From a virus (Duplodnaviria > Caudoviricetes): a DNA stretch of 64,000 bases. Both the position numbers and the translations under genes were made by a program. Positions 52,795 through 62,765 of the stretch are shown here, piece by piece. Location: IMG/VR virus record IMGVR_UViG_3300020042_009256, positions 1 through 64,000 of that record. One strand, written 5' to 3'. The first letter of the stretch is position 1. The number at the start of each line of letters is the position of its first letter. Under the pieces are notes generated by a model. The model saw only the letters and a list, made by a program, of their open reading frames with translations, ran no database searches and was not told the DNA's origin.

Positions 52795-53685
52795 TCAGCG
52801 GGATTGTCTTTGTAGTTGAGACTGTAGTTCTTTAATTTTCTTATCTCTAGAATCTTCAATACCAAGTTGATTGGATACTAGACCACCTGCCGCTAGTCCA
52901 CCCATTATGCCAATTTCATCACCTAGAAATCTACCTACGGCGCGGCCAACATTTTCTCCCGTAACTGGTACGGTGGGTTGTAATAAAGAATCAAAGACGT
53001 CACTAAGTGCTTTATCTGTACCAGGGACTTTTATTTCTTTTGCTTCTTGATGTTTTGCCATTCTGGCAATGTTTTCATCCATGCGATTAGCAGCGTTTGA
53101 GGCGACTGCCTGCTCAGTTTTTCTATAAGGAGAAGTAGCGTGATGTACGAGAGTATGCCGTTGTTCTTCAGACAAACCTGACCACATTTCTGCTGCAGCT
53201 GCGGCTTTACGTCCTGCTTTAACATCTGGAATATATTGGATAAACTCATCTGCTGTAACTCCATATTTTTGTGCGAATTGATTAGGATTGATTAAGGCTT
53301 CCTCTAGCATTGCAGAAGAAGTTTCATTAATCAACGATTCTTGAACAGCAAGTTTCATTGCTCTTCCTTGTTGCTTTGCCCCCTCAACACTAGATTCTGA
53401 ACCTGTTAATCTAACTAATGCAGCAATTGGACTGTTTTGATTTTTTAACGGATTTGGATTAATACGTTTTCCTATTGCCGCACCTATCTTGCGACCTGCC
53501 ATACCAACTCCAATTCCACCTGCTATGGCGCCTACTGTTTTTAAAGCTATTTCTTCAGGGGGAGTATCTGTTCCAATTTGAGCGCCACCTGCCATCCCGC
53601 CGCCCATTACACCTTCTACTACCTCTTCTCCTACTGGAGTTTGCAAAAACTCAAGTAACCTGTTTTGCGTGCCTGCTAATTTCAT
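52795..53685 (-). CDS. Gly/Ala-rich putative internal virion protein
   Basis: Gly-zipper segments GAIAGGIGVGMAG and GGLAAGG. Confidence 0.7.
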   Translation of the reverse strand: MKLAGTQNRLLEFLQTPVGEEVVEGVMGGGMAGGAQIGTDTPPEEIALKTVGAIAGGIGVGMAGRKIGAAIGKRINPNPLKNQNSPIAALVRLTGSESSVEGAKQQGRAMKLAVQESLINETSSAMLEEALINPNQFAQKYGVTADEFIQYIPDVKAGRKAAAAAEMWSGLSEEQRHTLVHHATSPYRKTEQAVASNAANRMDENIARMAKHQEAKEIKVPGTDKALSDVFDSLLQPTVPVTGENVGRAVGRFLGDEIGIMGGLAAGGLVSNQLGIEDSRDKKIKELQSQLQRQSR

Positions 53686-54317
53686 TATCCTAATACCTTA
53701 GAGGGGTCGAGAAGAGCTTCTTCGTACGGATTGACCGCACCAAGTAAATTTGCAGGTTGAGGTTGAAGACGTTTTTGTAATGCTTGTGCCATAACATTAC
53801 CGATCAATTGATCTTTTAAACTTACTTCTTTTTGCTTTTGATTTAAATTAAACAACTGTTCAAGTAAGCTATTTGCTGCATTCTCAGCTGATGTGCTTTG
53901 CTGTTGAGGTGCAGCACCTGGCATAACATCAGTTAGCTTATCTTCTGGTGTTTTGTAACGTCCTGTTGCAATCCACTGCATCATTTCGGGAGTTGTGTTA
54001 ACAGGTCCCTTTAGTGCCAAGTGAGTATGTGTACTATGCCCTGCATCTCCTGGGCCCAGTACTTCAGTAAATAAACCTGTTTGTTTTGCGCGATATTTCA
54101 ACTCACCAGTGAGGTCTTGCCAGGATCGCTTGGGTCCTCCTGCATATGCAGCAGACATATCTGCTCCTTGACGTGTTACATCAATGGCATTACCCGAGTA
54201 GTGATGAGAGCCAGGGGCGTGTTTACCTACACGACCTGTTCCAAAAGCGGGGTTTTCACCTACGGTCCAACCATACTTTTGAAGTTGTCTACCAATATCA
54301 GTAATATATACAGCCAT
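53685..54317 (-). CDS. M15-like zinc peptidase domain protein (virion muralytic candidate)
   Basis: GKHAPGSHHYSGNAIDV (SxHxxGxAxD) and GHSTHTHLAL (HxH). Confidence 0.6.
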   Translation of the reverse strand: MAVYITDIGRQLQKYGWTVGENPAFGTGRVGKHAPGSHHYSGNAIDVTRQGADMSAAYAGGPKRSWQDLTGELKYRAKQTGLFTEVLGPGDAGHSTHTHLALKGPVNTTPEMMQWIATGRYKTPEDKLTDVMPGAAPQQQSTSAENAANSLLEQLFNLNQKQKEVSLKDQLIGNVMAQALQKRLQPQPANLLGAVNPYEEALLDPSKVLG

Positions 54318-54343
54318 ATGTTTTTATTTTTTTATTTTAGTAC

Positions 54344-54369
54344 AAAAAAACCCCAAAAATTTGGGGTTT
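54344..54369 (-). terminator. rho-independent terminator
   Basis: - strand AAACCCCAAA-TT-TTTGGGGTTTTTTT after the capsid operon. Confidence 0.7.
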
Positions 54370-54385
54370 ATAACGGAGATAAGGG

Positions 54386-54796
54386 CTAGACGCGAATTAA
54401 ATTAGCAGCTAAAACAGAATCCCAATCAACACGTTTAACTTGTTTAAGTTGCTCCAGATTGTGGAACCTTTCACCCGATAAGGACATTTGAAGGTCTTTA
54501 ATCTCTCGCGCAGTTTTAAGGCCGATACCTTTAATGTGATCCGCAATCATTTGCGGGGTAGCGCCATTGATGTTTAAACGTGTGTCAGGAGGAAATTTCC
54601 TCGGTTCTTCTTTGGCTGCTTTATCTTTAACTTGTAAAGTTGTTACTTTTTTTGTAGCAACTTCATCAGGAATCAATTCAGTTTTATAAGCGGTAAAAAT
54701 ACGGCCGTCTTGGTCTTCAACCATGAACCATTCGCCGTGATCATACTCGCTAATAACCTTGAGTCGAGCACCTGTTTTTTTGTGTTGATAAAGCAT
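54386..54796 (-). CDS. helix-hairpin-helix domain protein
   Basis: LNINGAT...IKGIGLKTAREI..LQ....RF.NLEQLKQV. Confidence 0.75.
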   Translation of the reverse strand: MLYQHKKTGARLKVISEYDHGEWFMVEDQDGRIFTAYKTELIPDEVATKKVTTLQVKDKAAKEEPRKFPPDTRLNINGATPQMIADHIKGIGLKTAREIKDLQMSLSGERFHNLEQLKQVKRVDWDSVLAANLIRV

Positions 54797-54837
54797 AGGA
54801 CCAGAAAGATTCACTAACTGGTCCTAGTTTAGCTTAA

Positions 54838-55671
54838 TCAGCTAACAGTGCGGTTGTTTAGATATGCGTCAATATCTTCGTATTGAGGCGCGTCATCGGG
54901 ACGGATGTAGCACACTTCCACAACCAGATAACCAACGCGACCAGCAGCAACGTCCGCATCCGAGATATAAATACCACCAGAGAGGGTGGCATCATTGGCA
55001 GCACCCTTGGCAAGAACACCAAGAGTAACGGCGCCAGACACAGGGAAGTAGGCGATAGTACCTGAGCCAACACCAGTAATAGAGGGAAGGCCAGTGCTAG
55101 TGATGAAAGGATTGGTACCAAAACCTTGTGTACCACCAGAGAAATAAATCTTATTGGCGGCATCACCAGAGACCGTGGAGACCATGTTGGCCTGAATCGC
55201 GCCTTCAGCAACTCCAGAAAAAGCAACACCGGTTACAACGGTTGGAGTACCGATGTTACGACCAAAGGAGATAATGTTACCGGTAGAAGCGTACACACCA
55301 GAAGCAGCGCGGCCATCCCAACCAGAAGCCACTGAAATTGCAGTGCGATACACATACGAAGTTTGAGTGGCGCTACCAGAGATCACCATGCCGGTGATGT
55401 CAGTGCGGGTATCGTCCTGCCGATAAGGCGAAGGGATGATCACTTGCATAAACTGACCGCTGGTAGCAGCAGAGCCAGAAGCCCAGGAAACGGGGACGTA
55501 ACCACGTTGCTGGAAGTAACGGTAACCAGGAAGGGCCAGCACCGAAGTAGGGCCACCCACCGTGGAATCATTAACACTATTGACAGGGTTGGCGTCAATA
55601 TTTTTGTACCAACCGTTTAAAGCATTCACCCAGTTGCCTGGGTAAATTTTCTTTGCAGATAAGTAAGTCAT
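54838..55671 (-). CDS. putative capsid decoration/minor structural protein
   Basis: Immediately after the major capsid gene, strong RBS, S/G/T-rich. Confidence 0.6.
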   Translation of the reverse strand: MTYLSAKKIYPGNWVNALNGWYKNIDANPVNSVNDSTVGGPTSVLALPGYRYFQQRGYVPVSWASGSAATSGQFMQVIIPSPYRQDDTRTDITGMVISGSATQTSYVYRTAISVASGWDGRAASGVYASTGNIISFGRNIGTPTVVTGVAFSGVAEGAIQANMVSTVSGDAANKIYFSGGTQGFGTNPFITSTGLPSITGVGSGTIAYFPVSGAVTLGVLAKGAANDATLSGGIYISDADVAAGRVGYLVVEVCYIRPDDAPQYEDIDAYLNNRTVS

Positions 55672-55688
55672 TTATTTTTCCTTAAAGT

Positions 55689-56870
55689 TTAAACAATTGT
55701 AAGCGTACCGTCATCTTGGACAAAGCTGTAAGCAGTAGTTACGAAATCTTTATTCAGGATTTCAAAACCAGCATACAGTTGCCAGATTAAGATGATAAAA
55801 CGGCTAAAGTCGTCATTGTTGTTAATGAGAACTTGAGCGTTGGGGCCACCGATACCCACGCCAACTGCTTGAGGACCAAAGAAGAAACCTTGTGCAACTT
55901 CAGAGCGGGCGTCGGTGAAGAAAGTACTACCGTTGTCAAAAGAAACAGTAACGTTTTTGGTAGGGAAGTTAGTCGACTCGAAGAACTTAACACCTTCAAA
56001 CTGAACGCCAGTAGGCATAACAGGTTCGCCAGCAAGGAAATAACCTTGTCCAGCTTGAGGACCCATGTAGAAGCTGGCGTTGTTAGGCATCATGGGGTTG
56101 CCCATGTACATGCCTTGACCAGGGTTACCAGAGTAACGAGCGATCTCACGGAAGTCGGGGTCACGACGCAAGTGCATCATGAACGTAGGATCGCAAATAC
56201 AACGATACAGACCATCAGCATAGGTCGGTACGTTGCGCTTACGTAAATCCTTAACAACGGTCAGCAAGTCAGTACGAACTTGAAACTGTTGCAGTTGGTT
56301 GCCGTACTCAGTACTGGTGTATGTGATGCGACCAGAAGAGTCCTTGGTTTTGTTACCAGGGAAGTAGTAACCACCTTGAGTAGTAGAGGCTTGACCGTTA
56401 GCTTCTGCTTTGGCAAGTTCGTCAATAAAGACGCGGTCACGCCACCGACGATAGTCATCGAGTAGGGTCAAGCTGCCGATAGACTGGTGGAACATGTTCA
56501 GGTTGCCGCTGTCAAGCAGCATGCGCTGAGCAGTGATCAGAGTCTCACGAGCAATCTTGAAGGTCGAAGCTTGGGTGGGATCACCGGGGTCTGCAGGGCC
56601 AGTGTACTCCTTAAGCACCACAAGGACTTTCTCCTTGGTGATGTTACGGCTGCTAGAACTACCAATGGTTTGGTCAGCAATACGCTCGCGGCTGTCCTTG
56701 GTACCGGGGGTTCCCCAAAACTTGTAGCGATCCAGCTGAACGGTTTGACCGGGCTGGCGAGTAAAGTCATGTACAACCACAGGCTCAACTGCCATCTCGG
56801 CAATGTAAGCAGGGTGGGGACGATAGAGTTCGGCCCCTAGAATTTTTGGAAAGTCGTTATCAATAAACAC
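55689..56870 (-). CDS. major capsid protein
   Basis: 393 aa, GGAGG RBS, GTG start, high-expression codon bias; PGQTVQLDRYKFW N-terminus; located after scaffold and portal. Confidence 0.8.
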   Translation of the reverse strand: MFIDNDFPKILGAELYRPHPAYIAEMAVEPVVVHDFTRQPGQTVQLDRYKFWGTPGTKDSRERIADQTIGSSSSRNITKEKVLVVLKEYTGPADPGDPTQASTFKIARETLITAQRMLLDSGNLNMFHQSIGSLTLLDDYRRWRDRVFIDELAKAEANGQASTTQGGYYFPGNKTKDSSGRITYTSTEYGNQLQQFQVRTDLLTVVKDLRKRNVPTYADGLYRCICDPTFMMHLRRDPDFREIARYSGNPGQGMYMGNPMMPNNASFYMGPQAGQGYFLAGEPVMPTGVQFEGVKFFESTNFPTKNVTVSFDNGSTFFTDARSEVAQGFFFGPQAVGVGIGGPNAQVLINNNDDFSRFIILIWQLYAGFEILNKDFVTTAYSFVQDDGTLTIV

Positions 56871-56973
56871 TTTGGTTTATCCTCCAGAGTCTCGGGAATT
56901 TTTTTATCGGGTGAAAGATTCAGACATTAACATGTCTTATCTAACACAAATTTTAGCAGTCCGTAATTTTTCT

Positions 56974-57501
56974 TTAAGCGTATGAAGAAGACGGATAAGA
57001 AACAGTTGTTGCCTTTGTACGGGCACCAGCTGAATTACTGGAACCATAACTTTCAGGATCTACGTACTGGCTTTGTTGAAAACCAGGTACACCCATTGCT
57101 TCAAGTCCGCCACCAGCAGCAAGACCACCTAAACCAGCAAGAGCTGCAGAAGTAGGCGTAGATCCTGCTGCTAAAACTTTACTAATGTTTCGTGGTGTAA
57201 TACGCTCAGCAACATTACCTGCGGCACCAGAAAGACCTAATAATGCGTCTGAGACGCGATCATTTTTGGCGTTGTAACTTGCCCCAGATAACTTGTCTTC
57301 TACTCGACCAAGAAGACGTTGACTGCCTTGTGCAAGTGAAGGCCCATATTTACCAGCTAAACGAAGGCCACCATATGCACCAGCGCCACCAGCAACTCCA
57401 GCTAATCCAGCAGTTCCTGGATCCTCACCTTGTGAAAGGGCATAGCCGCCGGTAGCTAAACCAGCGGCGGCGGGAACACCATATCTAAGAAGTGGACGCA
57501 T
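56974..57501 (-). CDS. Gly/Ala-rich hypothetical protein
   Basis: Gly zippers. Confidence 0.7.
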   Translation of the reverse strand: MRPLLRYGVPAAAGLATGGYALSQGEDPGTAGLAGVAGGAGAYGGLRLAGKYGPSLAQGSQRLLGRVEDKLSGASYNAKNDRVSDALLGLSGAAGNVAERITPRNISKVLAAGSTPTSAALAGLGGLAAGGGLEAMGVPGFQQSQYVDPESYGSSNSAGARTKATTVSYPSSSYA

Positions 57502-57505
57502 GGCC

Positions 57506-58504
57506 TCACTCCATCACAAACAGTTTGTTTGCAACAGTACCAGGTTGTGCTTGATTCAGCATACGCCAAGCGTTCTGGGGATCACGAGCCATTGCTTCGT
57601 TGAAGCCGCCCCAGAAATTCTCAGGTTGCTGAGGAGCAGCAGCTGCAGGAGGTGCGGGGAACTGACCATAAGGTGACATACCAACTTGCTCAGTGGGATA
57701 ACCACGGGTTTCAAGTTGATTTTCGTTTTCGTACACGGGGTACGGACCTTCGGGACCAAAGAACTTCAGCGTGTAATCGCTGAGAACATCAGGGTTGGTC
57801 AAGATTTCGTTGTAAGCCAGGTTCTCCTGGTGCTCGTTAACAGCAAAGTTGGCATAACCAACGATGTTATTTGCGGCGCGGTTTCCCCACTGGACGGCGC
57901 TGTCCAGCATTCCTTCCAGTTGGAGGGCGTAGTTGTTCAGAATTGCCGGAGCTTCGATCCCGAACGCCTCGAACACCATCCGGCTTTCTTGACTCAGGTT
58001 GTAGTAATCGGCTACTGCCTGGTTCACTTCCTCGTGGGCTTGATTCGCCGAGGATCCCGTCAAGTAAGTTGGGGAAGAGTTGGGCGAGTATGCCTGGTTG
58101 AGATACGAGGTCGGCATCCCCGATTGTGGCATACCCTGGTTTTGGGGCATTCCATAGTTGGCCGGGGTATACGCTGTCGTCGGCGCTGACGGTTGACCCT
58201 GGAACGGGGATTGAACTGGTGCGCTCAATAGGTTCACCACCTTGTTGAACGCCGACTCCCAGGGGTTGCCCACTGACTCCGTCCCCGGTTGGTATTGGGG
58301 GGCGTACTGAGTAGGGGCGGATTGGTAGCTGGGGGCTGCCTGAGGTACCGCTTGGGGGTAGCTCGTACCCACTTGATAAGCCTGCGGTGCTGCCTGGTAG
58401 CTGACCGGTGCTGCTTGTGGTGCTGCCACCACGTAGCTGCTCGGCGCGACGGCTGCTGGTGCTTGGCTCGTCTGTGGGATCGATTGGACGGTAGCGTCCT
58501 GCAT
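57506..58504 (-). CDS. putative scaffolding protein
   Basis: Q/A/P/Y-rich disordered N-terminus with helical core; between portal and capsid; GGAG RBS. Confidence 0.6.
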   Translation of the reverse strand: MQDATVQSIPQTSQAPAAVAPSSYVVAAPQAAPVSYQAAPQAYQVGTSYPQAVPQAAPSYQSAPTQYAPQYQPGTESVGNPWESAFNKVVNLLSAPVQSPFQGQPSAPTTAYTPANYGMPQNQGMPQSGMPTSYLNQAYSPNSSPTYLTGSSANQAHEEVNQAVADYYNLSQESRMVFEAFGIEAPAILNNYALQLEGMLDSAVQWGNRAANNIVGYANFAVNEHQENLAYNEILTNPDVLSDYTLKFFGPEGPYPVYENENQLETRGYPTEQVGMSPYGQFPAPPAAAAPQQPENFWGGFNEAMARDPQNAWRMLNQAQPGTVANKLFVME

Positions 58505-60254
58505 AACTCATCTCCTTTTGTAAAGCTTCTAGGGTTCGATACAGATATGGAGTTAAATCCAATCTCGGATCCGCAGCCATCGGAACATCCGGTGATTGCG
58601 GGTGGGGAGTTTGCATCATTCCCCCCACTAGGCCAGCAAATGCTTTGTATGCACTCTGCAATTCACCGACCATCCTGAATGGGAAGCCAGATAGCATCCC
58701 TGCCCTTTCTTCATCCGTTTTAGACGGGAAGAGGTATTTCAGTGCTTCAATGCTATCAACACCTAATTCTTGTAAGTTTCTTACAACAATTGAATTGTTA
58801 AGAACATCTTGCGTAGAATCTTCGTATACAGGGCCAAGCCAACGCCATAATACCGTAACATCACCGTCTGGGATTAAACCTAAAACACCAGGTGGTACTT
58901 GTTGAGTCTGAAGACACGCCATCATTAAATTTTTAACTTGATCTTCAAACGCTTTCATTGCGTCTTCGTACATCCCCATTTCTTCCTGTGTCGCTTCTTC
59001 TGGTAACTCAAGAGGTTTCTCAATACCTGCAGCAGCCGCCAATGTTTGACGGAACATTCGTTCCTCTTGATAAATAATTAACTCTAAACATCTGCAAATA
59101 CCATACGTGTAAATTGCAGTTGCTTTTTTCTTAGACGTTGCTGAAACACGACCAAATAACGATTTATATTCAGTTGCAGTTACACCAGCTGAAATTGACA
59201 GTTCATCTACACCGCCAAGAGCAGTTCTAATTTCTTCGCGATATTGGCGAGCAAAATTATTCTGATCTCCTGTAATTGCATCAGGAACAATGTAACCAAC
59301 ACGATCATTAGGTTCTAGGTTGGCGATAACCCGTGGCACACGTATCTGTCCATCGACGCCACGACTGAGGGGATCTTGTTTAAACGTTGATCGGCTCAGC
59401 GCACCCATGCTGCCAAAACCTGAGTTGGCTGCAATAGATGGTCGCTGTACGACAGTGTCCCCACCAGCTTCCATTAAATCTGTTTTTGGACGTGAGGAAA
59501 GCAGTGTGGGATTACCAAAAAACTGAACGTTTTTACGCATTGTCCGAACTATTTCATCATGCGTGCAAATGTGATTTGCTAAAGCATCAAATTCTCCAAC
59601 GCCTTCAGTTGAGAAGCCTTTGGGATTGTTAAAGATTTCAACGCAGGGAATAAAACCTAATGAGTTTTTAAATGTTTTTGTTTTTCCAGGGACAGCTTGA
59701 TAGGTTGTATCAAAAGAAATTTCACCTTCTGAATGAGTTTCTTCGATTGTTTTGCGTTTAATCGAAAGCCTGATATATCTTTTTGCACCAGGGTTTCCCA
59801 TGGTTGCTGGCCCTGATAAACTGTTAACATCAATGTCCTGCTGGTAGCCAAAACCACGACGTACCTTATAGCTATAGATGATTACAACTTCATCTAGCTC
59901 GCCGTCAATATTGTAAAAAGTACGATACTCGTGCTTACGAAAATAGTAAAGACGGTAATTGTTTTGAGTTGGGCGAATATAAAAAAGACCTTGGCCATCA
60001 GAAAGGAAATAGTCCCAGATTGAATCTAAGCGTGTGTCGAGTTGATTGTATTTAATTACACGGTCGAGAAAATCTTTACGTTGGTTTCCAAAATTATCTT
60101 GACTCGGGAAAAATTCAACACCTTGACGAATACCAAATAAACGCATCTGAGCTAAATGCGCAGCCACGATTCCCGTGTCAATTGATACCCCACCGTCTTT
60201 GTCGAGATAGGAATCAACAATTTCTTTTAACCGGGAGGCAGCATCAACGGCCAT
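57867..60254 (-). CDS. putative portal protein with long C-terminal extension overlapping the scaffold gene
   Basis: Position between terminase and scaffold/capsid; ~580-aa globular core then ~210 low-complexity codons in the -1 frame of the scaffold gene. Confidence 0.65.
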   Translation of the reverse strand: MAVDAASRLKEIVDSYLDKDGGVSIDTGIVAAHLAQMRLFGIRQGVEFFPSQDNFGNQRKDFLDRVIKYNQLDTRLDSIWDYFLSDGQGLFYIRPTQNNYRLYYFRKHEYRTFYNIDGELDEVVIIYSYKVRRGFGYQQDIDVNSLSGPATMGNPGAKRYIRLSIKRKTIEETHSEGEISFDTTYQAVPGKTKTFKNSLGFIPCVEIFNNPKGFSTEGVGEFDALANHICTHDEIVRTMRKNVQFFGNPTLLSSRPKTDLMEAGGDTVVQRPSIAANSGFGSMGALSRSTFKQDPLSRGVDGQIRVPRVIANLEPNDRVGYIVPDAITGDQNNFARQYREEIRTALGGVDELSISAGVTATEYKSLFGRVSATSKKKATAIYTYGICRCLELIIYQEERMFRQTLAAAAGIEKPLELPEEATQEEMGMYEDAMKAFEDQVKNLMMACLQTQQVPPGVLGLIPDGDVTVLWRWLGPVYEDSTQDVLNNSIVVRNLQELGVDSIEALKYLFPSKTDEERAGMLSGFPFRMVGELQSAYKAFAGLVGGMMQTPHPQSPDVPMAADPRLDLTPYLYRTLEALQKEMSYAGRYRPIDPTDEPSTSSRRAEQLRGGSTTSSTGQLPGSTAGLSSGYELPPSGTSGSPQLPIRPYSVRPPIPTGDGVSGQPLGVGVQQGGEPIERTSSIPVPGSTVSADDSVYPGQLWNAPKPGYATIGDADLVSQPGILAQLFPNLLDGILGESSPRGSEPGSSRLLQPESRKPDGVRGVRDRSSGNSEQLRPPTGRNAGQRRPVGKPRRK

Positions 60255-60307
60255 TAACTATTGCCCTTTTTATCTTTATTGATCTTAGCAGATTTCTTTT
60301 CTTTCAT
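60254..60307 (-). CDS. 17-aa basic peptide coupled to the portal start
   Basis: MKEKKSAKINKDKKGNS; TAATG overlap. Confidence 0.3.
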   Translation of the reverse strand: MKEKKSAKINKDKKGNS

Positions 60308-60313
60308 CGGTCA

Positions 60314-60673
60314 TCAATAAATAGCTGCTTTTACCATGCCACCAGGAATTTGTTGTCCGTACTGAGGGCCTGCATACAAACCTTGATTACCCATTGCAAT
60401 TGCACCTGCATTACCCATGGGTACTTGACCATTTGTAGATGCCAGTGGAAGTTGTGGGCCACCGGGTTTTACATTGCGATAAATGTTGTCAATTGCTGGT
60501 GCCGATTGTGGATCCCACTGCTTCAACTCTTCAATTTGACCTGGCGTCATGCCACGGATCCCACGTTGTGGAACAACAAACTGTGGTCCAAAAGGATTAC
60601 CTGCTAATGCGCCGGGAGCTGTACGACTCATACCAGCTTCATTTCCTAAAAATCCTCCGTAAATACTAGCCAT
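60314..60673 (-). CDS. Gly/Pro/Gln-rich hypothetical protein
   Basis: ATG 60673. Confidence 0.65.
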   Translation of the reverse strand: MASIYGGFLGNEAGMSRTAPGALAGNPFGPQFVVPQRGIRGMTPGQIEELKQWDPQSAPAIDNIYRNVKPGGPQLPLASTNGQVPMGNAGAIAMGNQGLYAGPQYGQQIPGGMVKAAIY

Positions 60674-60700
60674 TTTCAATCTGTTACTTATGTGTTTATT

Positions 60701-60886
60701 TTACTCCTCTAATACCACATACCCAGTAGGATCGTTTATTTTGGTCAAGATGATTCCTTCTCCTTTTACGTCCCAATTCAATACATCTCCTTCTTGCCAA
60801 CCCAGGTCTTCCATCACCTCCTCTGGAAGATTTATAAACTGATCTCCGTTCTCGTCCTCCTGGACTTCTAGGATGTAACTTCTCAT
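60701..60886 (-). CDS. AbrB/MazE/SpoVT-like DNA-binding protein
   Basis: GDQFINLPEEVMEDLGWQEGDVLNW...IILTKI. Confidence 0.75.
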   Translation of the reverse strand: MRSYILEVQEDENGDQFINLPEEVMEDLGWQEGDVLNWDVKGEGIILTKINDPTGYVVLEE

Positions 60887-61176
60887 TTGGTCAAAATCTT
60901 TTCTATAAGCTTATCAAGCTTATTGTTAATCTGCTGAAAATTATCGTGCATGTTTTGAATCTCTCTAAGAAAATCAACTTTTAAAACGTATTCTAAAGGC
61001 ATCCGATTAATTTGTTGCTCCAGGGAATCCACGCGATTTTCTTGCGAATGTAACGATTCGTTAAGGGTTTTTAACCGTTCGTGCGTTCGGCTTAGGATTT
61101 TGTTTGCCACCCAGGAACCACCTGTGACAGCTGACACAACTGCGGTAATTGCAATTGTTAAATATTCAGGTCCCAC
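60883..61176 (-). CDS. N-terminal membrane anchor plus coiled coil
   Basis: LTIAITAVVSAVTGGSW then LNESL..QENRVDSLEQ..INNKLDKLIEKI. Confidence 0.7.
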   Translation of the reverse strand: MGPEYLTIAITAVVSAVTGGSWVANKILSRTHERLKTLNESLHSQENRVDSLEQQINRMPLEYVLKVDFLREIQNMHDNFQQINNKLDKLIEKILTK

Positions 61177-61206
61177 AGCTATGAAGTCTTTCTCCTTATT
61201 TTAAAC

Positions 61207-62733
61207 CTAATAATCAAGATGAAGATTACCCTTTCTTGCTAATCCGGTAACCAACCAAACCAACGCATCCACACAATCATCATGACCACTTACGCCGAAA
61301 TTCGTGAGTTCCTCGAAGAGATTTGTGAAGTTCCTGAAACGGTTAAAGATAATTTTTCGATCTTCAAACATTCCCATGATTCCCCGGAACCGTGCCAACT
61401 TGTCTGCACGGAACCCTTTGACGGGATGCCAAATCAAGTTGTAGAGACCTTCGTTATTAAGGCAAACACGCTTGAAGTCTGCTTCTAGAGAAGCCTGATA
61501 CTGCACGGCTTCAGACCAAATGTCACACGTGGAGTAAGTAGGGAAGTAATTACCACCTTCATCGCAACCAAGAATTGACCAATCATTGAGAAGCTCTTTC
61601 ATCACATCGAGTTTTTCAAGATTGCCCATTACCCTGATCCGTCTGTAATCAATGATGTGAATGCGGTCATCAATCCGTCCACCTAAAATCATGACGGTGT
61701 AATCATTCTTTTCTTTAATACCTGCAGACAAGTCAACGCCAACACCTAGGGCATCAAACTCTGTTGAAATTTCAGCCTTGACAATAAGTTCTGGCGCCAA
61801 TGAAAGTTCGTTTTGTCTAACAATTTGATTCATGTATTGAAACGAAAAAGCAATAGGAGCTTGTCGTTTCTTTTCTTTTAGGTAATCCAGTGACCACATA
61901 TCAGGCCAGTAAGATTCTTCCTCTCCTGTTTTGGGATTATTTTGAATAGCCGAAAGAACAATTTGTGTCCAGTTGTTTTGTTCATTGAAGGTTGTTGCAT
62001 GAATGTCATCATGTCTAAACCGTGTACCAAGGCAGATAGCCCTGGCTCCTTCAAACATCGTTGGTGCAATCACAGCATTCCAGTTATCCTGCATCATTTT
62101 TCTGATGTCAGGGTTTGCAATGTCAGCGGCAGACTTAATAGCGTCATCAATCATTACCAGATGAGAACGCTTGGAAGTCACCGAACCTTTAAGGCCAGCT
62201 GCGCAAAGCGTAAATTGTTCATCACCGGTTACGTCAATTCCAGCAAACTTGTGATCGATAGACCAATACTCATTACTAGTAACGTTTTTAAGAAGACGAA
62301 CTTTAGGGAATACTTCTTGATAACGTTTGCTTTCAATGATTCGTTTAATGGTTGCTGATTTAGAACGTGCAATATCAACAGTGTATGAAAGATAAAGAAT
62401 TTGCAAAGGAAGCTTGGCTTCCGTGTGGATCCCAATAGCCCAAGCTGTTAAAAGTCCCAAGACCGTGCTTTTTGCTGAGCCACGGGGGGCCAATAGATCT
62501 ACGTTGGGGCCAGCAATTTTAATTAGGCAACTACTGTCTTCATTCGTTACAAAGTGACGATGCCAATTTTGATGGTGTTCAGCCGGGGGTTTATCAGCTA
62601 CGTACTCACAAAAATACCCAAACTCTTCCCTGGCACGTTCCAAGAGATGTGCATTAACCGGTGCCTTGACCTTGAAATTCTTAGACGCCGCACGCGCATT
62701 ACGCCGATAAGCAAGGTGCTGATAAGAAGGCAC
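61207..62733 (-). CDS. terL: terminase large subunit
   Basis: Walker A LLAPRGSAKST, Walker B LVMIDD, coupling motif GTRFRHDD, nuclease GVDLS and HDDCVDA. Confidence 0.92.
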   Translation of the reverse strand: MPSYQHLAYRRNARAASKNFKVKAPVNAHLLERAREEFGYFCEYVADKPPAEHHQNWHRHFVTNEDSSCLIKIAGPNVDLLAPRGSAKSTVLGLLTAWAIGIHTEAKLPLQILYLSYTVDIARSKSATIKRIIESKRYQEVFPKVRLLKNVTSNEYWSIDHKFAGIDVTGDEQFTLCAAGLKGSVTSKRSHLVMIDDAIKSAADIANPDIRKMMQDNWNAVIAPTMFEGARAICLGTRFRHDDIHATTFNEQNNWTQIVLSAIQNNPKTGEEESYWPDMWSLDYLKEKKRQAPIAFSFQYMNQIVRQNELSLAPELIVKAEISTEFDALGVGVDLSAGIKEKNDYTVMILGGRIDDRIHIIDYRRIRVMGNLEKLDVMKELLNDWSILGCDEGGNYFPTYSTCDIWSEAVQYQASLEADFKRVCLNNEGLYNLIWHPVKGFRADKLARFRGIMGMFEDRKIIFNRFRNFTNLFEELTNFGVSGHDDCVDALVWLVTGLARKGNLHLDY

Positions 62734-62765
62734 GGGTACTATTCAGACTATTACTGAATAATATC

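Noticed and set aside
55671-55700. Programmed frameshift or readthrough extension of the major capsid protein
   Set aside because: No slippery heptamer before the TAA; the next gene has its own RBS and ATG
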